A stretch of 62,541 nt of DNA, the filler included, from Sanchytrium tribonematis (lineage: Eukaryota): the NCBI GenBank assembly GCA_018985235.1. It is 13 parts of 13 records of this genome, joined end to end, with 100 filler letters (N's around TTAATTAATTAA, not from the genome) between each part and the next. Parts side by side here need not be neighbours in the genome. Positions count along the whole stretch, not along the records: positions 27,319 to 49,107 come from JADGIG010000087.1; positions 49,208 to 52,488 come from JADGIG010000888.1; positions 52,589 to 55,855 come from JADGIG010000889.1; 10 more parts are not named here. One strand, given 5' to 3'. The position numbers were made by a program, and so were the translations under genes. Within the stretch, counting starts at the first letter, position 1. Each line of letters starts with the position of its first letter. The notes under the pieces were generated by a model. The model saw nothing but the letters and a program-made list of their open reading frames with translations, ran no database searches and had not been told where the DNA came from. This document shows, piece after piece, positions 44,401 through 52,948 of this stretch.

Positions 44401-45323
44401 TTGAAACGGCAAGTATTAGAAATGTAGAATTTGGAAATTCAAAATCCTTATTTTCCTTAATTAGCTTGGTTGACATTGGCATTCAGGTTGGTCAAAAAAT
44501 ACCTATCGTTCAACCCTATCTAGAGATACTGCAAGTCAGAGGGGAAGTGAATACTAAGGGAATATCCGTATCTGCTCGTATTAAAATTAGTCCTGAATTG
44601 GCTGGAAATATTTTTGGTATTAGTGCTGTATTATACCATACAGAGATCAAGCAAAATTTTTTAAGTCTTCAGGTTGACAACTTGGTTCTTTCAGAAGGAA
44701 CCGTCGATGCCCTCATTTCATTTCCTAGTGTTGCCGCCATAAAAAATATATGGGATAAAAGCGTAAAAAAAGAAAATATATTTGAGGCTTTAGAAATCCA
44801 AAAAGTTCAAATTTTGGGACCCGAGTCGACTTCATTGAATTTTCTCGAACATGCTTCTTTGCGATTGCCAAAATTTTATGGAAGTGAGCTTGTGGGATAT
44901 TTTTCGCCTAAAAATTTGTTTAAATTATTAGTGAATGTCTACGTCCCTGTCCATGTTCCATTTGATGTAGAAATTGACTTTCATCATTTTTATTTTGAAG
45001 CATGGGATTATGTTGATTCGAATCGAAGTAGACTTGACTATATTGTAGCTACAGTAGACGAACAATTTATGTTTGATTCGAAGGAAAATGGTGCGAGACT
45101 GGCTGCAAAATTCAGTGGCTCTTTCCTTAAACTTGGAAACATTATTTGGAGAATGAATAAAGCGAAGGGATTGAAAAATATTAAAGTATTTCACCCTGTT
45201 GAGGGAGAAATTCCCTGGATCACAAAATTGAACGAAGTAGGATTTTTCTTCCGTGGAGAACTTAGACTTAGAAACCCTGATATAAAGCAACTGGATTCTT
45301 TTAATCAAACACAAAATAAATAA
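38418..45323 (+). CDS. 2,301-aa N-anchored protein of tandem beta-rich LEA2/DUF3712 (Tag1)-like domains
   Basis: N-terminal TM; repeated ~120-150-aa units with (N)P(F/I)..+.+....+.+.+ and terminal ..L..+.+.+P motifs. Confidence 0.65.
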   Translation: MYLRLHWTNILIAAIAGILLFWSFIVPLIIRYLVQTIQYDATINKIKVDVDEIVQYQADISVGLKIPTDVTVFVNTLNINNLIQLNVNENIHVENANRWQLSGNAKLNPDAIKTLLNTKDIGDININAAMGISKYIKFYDYLWIERTDKLPQIDYTKVLKNLRWSLSGLSVDVTSSGFNIIADVDLNNPIPIEIYIQLATLDIYLGKLKLGRGGVKNLVINEKITSVNAFLNLRDSWAEVREYLSNESNAINLLDNATLSGPINLYKNDRMINWLEAATSDLQISFGLKDFLKVFLTGFFNIKNFLKTVEVTVSNTGKYLNVHIAFPFDVEHIHEFHLSKNLKFNVFHKSLKIASVEADPDLTNNRVNLDLNMEFFNFEKLNDVIYDYLILNKINSEELLNNIYIGEVQFSRRDCEWCHLMLKDFRLSLDFLSGLDNSPIFDQVIEIIQNLIQIKNINSIQSQSYSGFDAVAHVKLSNAFKKLNIHLDDVFIAIKHKYEFVQLKIKKLSVNSGWNSIPCIVPFLHTSKDFADLVHSLLYLKAPIIFISSLKLGLVDLSVDIPIDLSWFFPDPVTLHDYVTFNISSIDLNMNIYNSFSAIISLKLFSRIPLHVKTNDISVALSLNEDSMFDVKLSSLDMPIGNSDFKFKSLVTFGNTSIEKASNYVDGIVYNYEPNYDLALRNLYLMGGSPIDLFKDVNLPYKLMDAVHGSSVVSAAKLITPTQDFEISVKKAYVRALPNSLLGVQIAIEALNPIPVKLFIPNVKFELGIGDITIMSGTVHSFDMQRNEFLFEADISVKFNNELNTQNVLAQFMERALDPESVENLPVWVNGIGMAPSDKHYTVILTALKVYFKRFLTYSSAQLVTYLKRTVINLKSLAVTLSNNLVVDLDIGLSLPFDFKIDVNFISLNVLLDSAKVISVVLENVKLSSSNGKLHLIVDFFDVPEIKNIFNDPLITICGLVIGHSSTDVILALQKINIGSRASVFSNVIRLPQLIVPELKINDVDLRMASGGNFDLSLDLNLNLNIDVSIIIPSIHLIFMLNQDRVIKLEISHFMLNAGKLSKLQIHGEFINEAHGDFHLFKSLPGSIGITDLILKSSTKIVTGLKFLDIHVPLFLIQYLKVVLNWKPEFSLDHVEVTSIPKGLIIKPSAKFVSMFKVFIPFASAALKIAGEPFVNVEIDNILKDNLILKIVFFEDIGKHNAIQEFLTNGRDLQLSLSDIEFGTRLHRSKTLRQLRFFADINGDILLKLASIVAQYIPKNLLNTIGLKSFKLHQNQKSLLGSLEIYHPWLKIVNLNFLDFKLSLGQNLKMLDLASNLKLEKNLDIHYSLDFFDELESQKAWNNLFENRYLEIDSIELNGVRILSSISFTIPTFNIPQLPVPQIDLQRFKINTFHIDDNVFINFEYSIENFTIELDKLSVGVLVDDALILNSFLSLSHPVDLEVAFVDSDIAQQRVAKLVDCLLHKDCEKYKFGLRNLVIGDIRALQLCEININLGLDFTYPILDHLLSKLSNFVRKLHLKFMEETLIVNEMTTFVSFKLDFPFSVSIPHVRLDLFSNVKLMAVTASLHESLTIDAQVFFENNENSIRDVANIFSNPQAVLLFIQNLEFGNSKLISIFKQSLIPIPLSHLNIPKITYPKFEKVKFSSLSLTQSNDFNIHAYFDFHGFGLNFNFSNINLNFRLDKKEVMAVSISKLTNREIELDVRFLDFISQDMLDLNFIGISNLVFADNSILSAVTLDLKNEYSIIDIWNKFGKTAGDFKYIFGHTSITVDNQDNPLELKSSGSFQSAFPNVNLKNVGVNVQISNHLFGSFNVNNIDSNGSDFYLALRGNLYNHPSIEKSIREIYLNVLNHKTLPDINIGFSDLNIGNMPYLSRLLIEIPIRHLFPKNAELQIPKISNVGLEDIQLNIVDNNKLDLDVKVNLVNPFNASLNIDKAVANLYLGNDLFTIAEVRHLEIGPGETSIPLHVLCSFEDSESIGSHISNIVHRILYNDNIVETASIRNVEFGNSKSLFSLISLVDIGIQVGQKIPIVQPYLEILQVRGEVNTKGISVSARIKISPELAGNIFGISAVLYHTEIKQNFLSLQVDNLVLSEGTVDALISFPSVAAIKNIWDKSVKKENIFEALEIQKVQILGPESTSLNFLEHASLRLPKFYGSELVGYFSPKNLFKLLVNVYVPVHVPFDVEIDFHHFYFEAWDYVDSNRSRLDYIVATVDEQFMFDSKENGARLAAKFSGSFLKLGNIIWRMNKAKGLKNIKVFHPVEGEIPWITKLNEVGFFFRGELRLRNPDIKQLDSFNQTQNK

Positions 45324-45353
45324 AGTTGTACAGTTGAAAACCCGTGAAACAGC

Positions 45354-46043
45354 ATGGTGGAGCGAAAAGTACTTTCCAAACATTTACCTTCAGGAATAAA
45401 TCCACGAAAGGTTCCACGTATAGCTTTGGCAATTAAAAAGCATAAGAAAGTGAGATTATGTGCTCCATTTACTATGAATTGTGAAAAGTGTCATGAATTT
45501 ATTCATAAAGGAAAAAAATTTAATGCTCGGAAAGAACATACACATCAATTTTTTATGACCATTGAAATATTCAGATTTTATATCAAATGTACATTGTGTT
45601 CAACCGAAATCATATTTGCGACTGATCCAGAAAATGCGGATTATACCATAATTAAAGGCGCCAAAAGAAGTGCAGAGCCACATGCGGAAGAAAAGAAACA
45701 AAGAATCTTGAAAGATATTCGCAAAGATTTTGAAGATGATGGAGATTCAGAAGAAGATGAGATAGATCCATTAGCTAAACTCGAAGAAAAAACTAAAATT
45801 CAACAACAGGAAATGAAAGATATTGATGACATTGAGGCTTTAAAAGAACAGCAAGCTCAATTTCACAAACTTGAAAATCAAAATTATGCTAAAACCGAAG
45901 AGGAAGAGTTGGAGTGGTTCAGAAAGCAAAAAAGTGGCATTCCTGATCAAGATGCGCTTCGTAATATAGAGACCACGACATTTGCTATCAGACCTCAGAA
46001 AAATAACATTCATTTGGGTCTTGACTACAGTGATTCTGACTGA
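45354..46043 (+). CDS. YJU2: Step-1 splicing factor Yju2/CCDC94
   Basis: M.ERKVL.K, VRL.APF.M.C..C.EFI.KGKKFNARKE, FRFYIKC..C, TDPENADY....GAKR. Confidence 0.92.
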   Translation: MVERKVLSKHLPSGINPRKVPRIALAIKKHKKVRLCAPFTMNCEKCHEFIHKGKKFNARKEHTHQFFMTIEIFRFYIKCTLCSTEIIFATDPENADYTIIKGAKRSAEPHAEEKKQRILKDIRKDFEDDGDSEEDEIDPLAKLEEKTKIQQQEMKDIDDIEALKEQQAQFHKLENQNYAKTEEEELEWFRKQKSGIPDQDALRNIETTTFAIRPQKNNIHLGLDYSDSD

Positions 46044-46106
46044 TATTGGTGTAAACTTGTGAATAATAAACTTAAATTATATTTTTGCTGCACTGAAACA
46101 AGCATA

Positions 46107-47430
46107 ATGTTAGAACAGGAACTGGCGGATGAACAAAATCAGCCACTTTTGGAAAACAATCAAAGACGAAGAAAGCTTCAGGTAGGAATTCTTACGGCCT
46201 TTATCTTGATTGTATTTTTATTAGGTGGCCTTATTTTTCTAGTTAGTAGTCCTGATCCTGAACGCACTGTATTACTAATAAGTCTTGACGGTTTTCGATA
46301 CGAATACCTAGAAAGAGGGTTCACTTCTAATTTACTTCATATGATGAAAAATGGAGTTCATGCAAAAATGATTCCTTCATTTCCAAGTTCAACCTTTCCA
46401 AATCATTATACACTAGTGACAGGACTTCATCCCGAGAAGCATGGCATCATCGATAACCATTTTTTCGATCCTGAATTTAATGAGACTTTTGATTACAAAA
46501 GCGAGAGCTCGTTGCAGAAGAAATGGTGGAAAGGTGAAAGTATTTGGCAAACTGTAGAAAAAGCAAATTATAGCAGTTTTGTCTACATGTATCCCGGCTG
46601 CAATGTCGACCATGATATAAAACCTAAAAAATATGTTCCTTACGACGACGCAGTCAAATTTGATCAAAAAATCGATGTTATTTTGAAAGAGCTCGAAAAC
46701 AATAGACCAAAATTTATGGCCATCTATACTCCTGAGGTAGATCAGATCGGTCATAGAAGTGGACCTGACTCTGCAGACGTAAATACTATACTCTCGATCA
46801 TTGACGATGGTTTTCGTAGATTGTTAGACGGAATTAGGGAATTGTCTTTACAGGACTTTGTAGATGTAGTTGTGGTGAGTGACCATGGCATGATGAATGT
46901 CAGACCGGATGCATGGATTGACTATCAAAAATGGATGCCTGAAATTTCTCAAAAAATGAAAATTTCAGATGAAGGTGTAGTATGGGGCGCATATCCAGAC
47001 AAACATAGTAATAATTACTTATTTAGGCATCGGTAATTTTTTTCTACAGCTTAAAAATGTATCAATGAAATCAAATACCTTTAAAATCCATTTAAGAGAG
47101 GAGGTTCCAGAGCATTTAAATTATCAAGATTCGCATAGAATACCCCCAATTTTGGCCTTTCCAAATCCTGGATATTATATATCCAAGAGTCAGTGGACTA
47201 TAAGAGGCAATCATGGCTATGATCCAGCTGAAGTCCAAGACATGAAAGCATTATTTATAGGTTACGGGCCAAGTTTTGAATCTTGTCCACCTTATCCTTT
47301 TTCGATTAGCCCAAACACTAAAAAATGTCAATGGGATGATTTCGAAAACACCAATGTCCACGGTATATTATGCAAGTTGCTATTTAAAGACCCTGATGAA
47401 TGCTTGAATACAAATTCAATTTATTTGTAA
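46107..47430 (+). CDS. Type II membrane nucleotide pyrophosphatase/phosphodiesterase (ENPP/NPP), join(46107..47007,47027..47430)
   Basis: ISLDGFR, TFPNHYTLVTGL.PE.HGI, D..GH..GP.S, SDHGM, GNHGYD, M.ALF.G.GP.F; two ORFs joined by a 19-nt intron. Confidence 0.92.
47008..47026 (+). other. Predicted 19-nt spliceosomal intron GTAATAATTACTTATTTAG
   Basis: GT-AG; restores YPDKH-S-IGNFFLQLKN in frame with ATG 47065; nearby 17- and 42-nt GT-AG alternatives do not restore the frame. Confidence 0.85.
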
Positions 47431-48864
47431 TCATTCAGTTATTAATTGAGCAATGTCATTAACTGTCATAAAAACTTTTATAACCGCTTCATTTACAAAT
47501 TCTAAACCCTGGTCAAATGTTGAAATTTTATCAAATAAATTATCACCTCCTGATAATAAAAAGCTTGATGTTACTACTCGATAATAGTGATCTGGTTTGA
47601 TAGGTAGCCACTTGCCACGGTGAAATATTAATAGTTGAGTAAATACATTATTAACAAACACTATTTTAGAGTGTACACTTGACTGCAAAAAACTAGTCAC
47701 CTTTTCACCATTGCGAATCCCTGTAATGGATCCATTGACAGACTCGAGAATCTTTGAGCCGATCATTATTGCAGAACTTATTTTGTCATCAAATGGTAAA
47801 GAGTTGTAAATATTTGTTCTCGTTACAATTCCTGAATCAATTGGGAAGCGAAATGCACCAGACTGTATTAAACCAAAAGTCGGGACACTTCTATCACTTC
47901 GTCTTTGTTGATAATATTTCAAAAGAGTTGATGCCAAAAGCTTTCCAGCATCGCAGAATTTTCTAATGCAGTCATTCTCAAAATTTCTCGATGATTTGGA
48001 AATGCTCTTATTGTATAGTTCATTCACAGGTTTTTCCCAATTATCGACTTTTATTTTCCATTCTGGATCTACATTTTCAGAATCTATTCGCACAGTATCA
48101 CCAAAAAAATTTGCGACTGTATCATTGTCAAACTTGACGTCAAAATATCCCAAGTATTTTCCGAAACATTTAGCTTGAACAATGTAAACTGATTTCTTGT
48201 GTAAATTACTCACCACTGTGGGGAACACGCCCTCAATTTTATCGTCTGAGTATGTTTGATTATTAGATAACAAAGAATGTGAATGTGCACCAACGATGAT
48301 CGAAATTCCACTTGTTTTTCTGGCAATATCCTTATCGTCATTGAATCCATTATGAGATAGCAGTATAATTTTATAAATGCCCTGCTTGTTTAATTCTTCC
48401 ACATATTTCTGAGCAGACTCCACTACAGGAAAGAAATCAAGGCCATCGATTGGAGATTGAATCTTTGTATCTGGAGTTGTGCTTCCTATAATTCCGATAT
48501 CTCCTTTTATGACGTAAGGCTTAACGATGTCGCTTATAGGATTATAGTTAATATTTGAAGATGTAACTGGAATTTGAAGCAGTTTTATGTATTTTATCAA
48601 TTCGGCAATACCTCTATCAAATTCATGATTTCCCAGGGTCATGGCATCGAATTTAAGCTCATTCAGAATCTCTACACTCTTATTAGTTCCATAGTAGCGA
48701 AACATTGCGGTTCCAGTAAACTCATCTGCACCATTGAGCAATAATGTATCATTTGTTCTATATTGTTTGATAAGCCTCACTAGCCCCGGAATGTTTTCAT
48801 AATGTCCGTGTAAATCATTGAAGAAAATAATTCTAAGACAATTTAAAAGATTGAAGAGCAACAT
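47431..48864 (-). CDS. Secreted 5'-nucleotidase / apyrase family metallophosphoesterase
   Basis: NDLHGH, DEFTG, LGNHEFD.G, LSH.G, GAHSH, GKYLG, GAFR, LPF.D, GGD. Confidence 0.92.
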   Translation of the reverse strand: MLLFNLLNCLRIIFFNDLHGHYENIPGLVRLIKQYRTNDTLLLNGADEFTGTAMFRYYGTNKSVEILNELKFDAMTLGNHEFDRGIAELIKYIKLLQIPVTSSNINYNPISDIVKPYVIKGDIGIIGSTTPDTKIQSPIDGLDFFPVVESAQKYVEELNKQGIYKIILLSHNGFNDDKDIARKTSGISIIVGAHSHSLLSNNQTYSDDKIEGVFPTVVSNLHKKSVYIVQAKCFGKYLGYFDVKFDNDTVANFFGDTVRIDSENVDPEWKIKVDNWEKPVNELYNKSISKSSRNFENDCIRKFCDAGKLLASTLLKYYQQRRSDRSVPTFGLIQSGAFRFPIDSGIVTRTNIYNSLPFDDKISSAIMIGSKILESVNGSITGIRNGEKVTSFLQSSVHSKIVFVNNVFTQLLIFHRGKWLPIKPDHYYRVVTSSFLLSGGDNLFDKISTFDQGLEFVNEAVIKVFMTVNDIAQLITE

Positions 48865-49208
48865 CCAAATATTTGACAAAATGGATACAAAGCCCCTCGG
48901 CAATTCTAGCGGCAAATTTTGAATATGAAAAAATAGAATGGTTTATTACTCAATGCTGATTTTGGTTTTCCTTGATCATGTTTTTAACAAGGTGTCCAGT
49001 CTTATTTTCTTCGGCAAGTGTCCTCGCGTTATTTTGTGACATTTGTGGCAGCTTTTTAATAAAATCGTCTTTATCATTCGTTGTAAGGACCATAGAGGCG
49101 TAGCCGANNNNNNNNNNNNNNNNNNNNNNNNNNNNNNNNNNNNNNNNNNNNTTAATTAATTAANNNNNNNNNNNNNNNNNNNNNNNNNNNNNNNNNNNNN
49201 NNNNNNNA

Positions 49209-49796
49209 ATTGGGACATTTGCAGGAATTGGATTAAAGAGCGTATTATCATTTATTGCGGTTATTATTGCTATTGTGAGTGTTGCCAGTGCTGTAAATCC
49301 AAACAATGACACGAACTCCACGTCAGTGGATCAAATCACTTACAATGCAGTCATCTCACTCATCATTTCCGTGATCTTGTTTGAATCCATTATTTTACTC
49401 CAATTATGGTTTAAATCCAAACAACATCATTTTGTCCACATTGCCTCTATTGCAACCATCTCCCTCTTTCTATTCTTGGAAAGTATGACTCATTTAGCAT
49501 TCAATCCATCCACCACTGATTTATCATTTGGATTGGGCATTTGTTTGATTTTGATCAGTTTCATCTCCGTACTCGCCATTTTATTAAAATTCAGATGGAT
49601 CCGATTCGGATTAATCATTTTAACCATCATGGCCATGATCTGCTATTTATGTGTCTTGATTGCTATAATGGCACATACTGGTGAATATGCAGATTCTGGT
49701 ACTTTATCATCTCAAGTCATTTCATTCTTTGAACATTTCTTTTTATTTGGGTTTATCGTGATGCAATTTAAAGGATTGACGAGTTACAATAAATAG
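49209..49796 (+). CDS. Multi-pass membrane protein (5' truncated)
   Basis: 5-6 hydrophobic segments; frame open from contig start. Confidence 0.6.
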   Translation: MGTFAGIGLKSVLSFIAVIIAIVSVASAVNPNNDTNSTSVDQITYNAVISLIISVILFESIILLQLWFKSKQHHFVHIASIATISLFLFLESMTHLAFNPSTTDLSFGLGICLILISFISVLAILLKFRWIRFGLIILTIMAMICYLCVLIAIMAHTGEYADSGTLSSQVISFFEHFFLFGFIVMQFKGLTSYNK

Positions 49797-49841
49797 TTTT
49801 TGATTTTAGGGGTATACGGAGGAAACTATTGAATTTTGAGA

Positions 49842-50540
49842 ATGATTTGGATGGTATTTGTGTATGCAATGAGTACAACCGCAATACGCCCGCTTATTAC
49901 TAGTGTATGTAATGAAGCATGGTATGCAGATGAAAAGAATAATTTTGCGCATCTTAAATTATTTGAAGGAAATCAAATTAAAGAAGATTGTGATGCGATG
50001 AAAAAGGATAATTTGCGAAAATTCAACAAATTAATCTATGTCATCATGTATGTAGTCATGAAAACCATGATATTTGAAGAGAATGGGAGAAAACTTGATG
50101 TAAATATTTACACTACTTCAAAATGCGTTGAGGTGATTGAAATTATTAATGCTGATCAGTTACCAGTCAGTGATGAATATGCTCAATTATTTGCTTTTCA
50201 GAAAGACCTAGACAGTGCATTTAACGGATTAGAACAAAATTTGGTCACTTCAATTTATGAACAATTTCCACCTAAAAGTTTAAAAGAGATAGCACAAAAT
50301 GGCATGGCATTTTTAAGATCCGGGAGTGATAACATAGTGATAAAATATTTAGACAAATTAAGAAAGGGATTGAACTGTGGTCTAAAAATCGAATCAAAAT
50401 TACAATGCTTCATCCAAACAATTCGAATTGCGCAACAGTTTGACTCAAATGCTATTGCTCAATACGACCAAAGTGAAACTGCTGCTTCAAAATATTTGAT
50501 TATTGGTGCCAAAGCAGGATTTTTTATAAAAATAAATTGA
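49842..50540 (+). CDS. Secreted helical hypothetical protein
   Basis: MIWMVFVYA signal-like start. Confidence 0.6.
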   Translation: MIWMVFVYAMSTTAIRPLITSVCNEAWYADEKNNFAHLKLFEGNQIKEDCDAMKKDNLRKFNKLIYVIMYVVMKTMIFEENGRKLDVNIYTTSKCVEVIEIINADQLPVSDEYAQLFAFQKDLDSAFNGLEQNLVTSIYEQFPPKSLKEIAQNGMAFLRSGSDNIVIKYLDKLRKGLNCGLKIESKLQCFIQTIRIAQQFDSNAIAQYDQSETAASKYLIIGAKAGFFIKIN

Positions 50541-50583
50541 TTGAAACAGAATGGAGAAGATTGTACAATCAGGGTGAAACAAA

Positions 50584-50907
50584 ATGATCTTTGCATCTCT
50601 TTTACTTGCCATTCCATCATCATTACCAGCAGGCCATGCAGTCCAACAAAGTCAACATAAAGAACCAGCACATCCTGCACATCCTGCAAATGGGAAACCA
50701 ACAGCTGTTTTGATGGTTGTTGGAAATCAAAAGCAGGTAGCTGAGAAACCATTGACATGGAAAGAAGCATTTGCAGGATTATTTGGATTTGTATCATTAG
50801 GTGCTTTGTTAGGTTTCGGTATGAAGATTGGTGAAAAAGGTGCCACAGCAGCTGGTAATGGCGTAAAGGAGACTTTAAGAGCAGCCAGAAGATTGGGACG
50901 CCAATAA
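50584..50907 (+). CDS. Small secreted or membrane hypothetical protein
   Basis: MIFASLLLA start, PAHPAHPA repeat, Gly-rich hydrophobic segment. Confidence 0.55.
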   Translation: MIFASLLLAIPSSLPAGHAVQQSQHKEPAHPAHPANGKPTAVLMVVGNQKQVAEKPLTWKEAFAGLFGFVSLGALLGFGMKIGEKGATAAGNGVKETLRAARRLGRQ

Positions 50908-51001
50908 CGTGACTTAATAAATATGGAATATCTCATGGATTCACTTTTTGATTCATCTAGAATCATTTGCAAATCACAAGGTTCTCCAATTTTAGATTGC
51001 A

Positions 51002-51376
<375 letters not shown>

Positions 51377-51387
51377 TAAAATGAGAT

Positions 51388-52011
51388 TTATTCAACATCC
51401 ATGGGGTCAATACTATTATGGTAACTTGGGGCGTCTCCAATTAGTTTTTTCAACATATTTGTTATATTCTCATTTGATTGTAATTCAAAATACTCTTTGG
51501 TGCCAATTGACAGCTTTATGATACCTCCATTTTCAACACATTTTTGAATCTTATCAAGAAGATTTGTAAAGTCAAATTCAAGTAGAGTTTGTTTAAATTG
51601 GACTTTGCGTTTGTATTTCCATTTGAATTGAGACACTTCAATACTTTCAGCTTGAGAAGGTAAATATCCAACAAATGTTGCGCGTATATCCTCTGTATTT
51701 TTAAGCTCTACAGTTATTTCCAATTCATGATTCAAAATTTGCAATTTTTTAACAAGATCCATACCTTGTTTGATAGGATATACGACTCCATTTGCGTTTA
51801 TTTCCACTTGGCCATTTTCCTTCAATAATTCACTTGTCTTAATATTCATTTCAGCTGTACTTAACACTACATTTTTACATTTCCATCTTTTGTCTTCTAC
51901 ACTGAAATTTATATCCGATGCCTTTAAAAATACGTCTTTACAAATAGTTTCTTTATTCCCCTTTGTTAATTTCACACTAAAGCCAATGATCATTCCAATC
52001 CAAATCATCAT
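51388..52011 (-). CDS. Secreted hypothetical protein
   Basis: MMIWIGMIIG start; stop inside AATAAA. Confidence 0.6.
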   Translation of the reverse strand: MMIWIGMIIGFSVKLTKGNKETICKDVFLKASDINFSVEDKRWKCKNVVLSTAEMNIKTSELLKENGQVEINANGVVYPIKQGMDLVKKLQILNHELEITVELKNTEDIRATFVGYLPSQAESIEVSQFKWKYKRKVQFKQTLLEFDFTNLLDKIQKCVENGGIIKLSIGTKEYFELQSNENITNMLKKLIGDAPSYHNSIDPMDVE

Positions 52012-52194
52012 TTTCCCAATATGGCATCATGATGACTCAAATACAAATGGATCGAGTACATCATATCCCCTAGTTCATTTTATCCAATCAAATGATTATA
52101 ATGTAATCACACGTGTGTCATTCTGTTGTACAATCATCACGGTGATTCACCTCGTGTTAATCAGAATCCATTTGCAATTCAATTGCAATTATTG

Positions 52195-52247
52195 CATCAT
52201 TCATCACATCATTCATCACATCATGCATCACATCCATGACATCATCA
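52195..52247 (+). repeat. Degenerate 12-bp tandem repeat (CATCATTCATCA)
   Basis: catcattcatcacatcattcatcacatcatgcatcacatccatgacatcatc. Confidence 0.6.
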
Positions 52248-52264
52248 AACGGAGACTTCTAAAC

Positions 52265-52488
52265 ATGTTCTGGTGGTCTCTTTTACTAGCTAGTTTAGTA
52301 TCCCACGATACCATTGATCTCCAATGCTACAACAGTTACAACATTCAAGTAAAACATTCCAGATTTCAATTGAATTTAGGTGCTTCTAAAACCATCCTAT
52401 TACCCAGATATATCAATACAAAATACATGATCAAAAATGGAAAATATAGCATCCAATTCAGTGTTTATGGCTACCAATTATTTGTCAA
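52265..52488 (+). CDS. Secreted hypothetical protein (3' truncated)
   Basis: MFWWSLLLA start. Confidence 0.5.
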
Positions 52489-52590
52489 NNNNNNNNNNNN
52501 NNNNNNNNNNNNNNNNNNNNNNNNNNNNNNNNTTAATTAATTAANNNNNNNNNNNNNNNNNNNNNNNNNNNNNNNNNNNNNNNNNNNNAA

Positions 52591-52923
52591 ACCTTCATTA
52601 GCACAAGTTATGAAGATTTAAAACATGCTCGTAATTTTGTCAACAAATATTTTGGATATCAATATTCAAATAATGAGGAAACATTTTCTGCAAATGCCGT
52701 GGCATTAGGCAGTGATACCAACCCGCAAGTAAAAATAACAAAAACTAGAAATTATTTTAACAAGCACGTTTCCAAAGGATATGAAAAATGGAATTTGGAA
52801 AAACAACGATTGGAAAGACTATTGGGTATATCGGAACCAGAAATTATAGTGCTAGACAATCCAGATTTCAAAACACTTAATTCTACCTTTAATAGCGGTG
52901 AGGTGATTGTGCTCGATGAATAA
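52591..52923 (+). CDS. C-terminal fragment of hypothetical protein (5' truncated)
   Basis: Frame open from contig start; stop inside AATAAA. Confidence 0.45.
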   Translation, partial: TFISTSYEDLKHARNFVNKYFGYQYSNNEETFSANAVALGSDTNPQVKITKTRNYFNKHVSKGYEKWNLEKQRLERLLGISEPEIIVLDNPDFKTLNSTFNSGEVIVLDE

Positions 52924-52948
52924 ATTGTTTTTGAAATTAAATTGTTTC

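Noticed and set aside
39026..45383. Numerous antisense and nested 60-150-aa ORFs (also within RT, CCDC39, PDB1 and transposase)
   Set aside because: Shadows of long real genes with no motifs
51770..52264. His-rich 256-aa ORF
   Set aside because: Made of the antisense of 51388..52011 plus a CAT-rich tandem repeat; only the part from ATG 52265 looks genic
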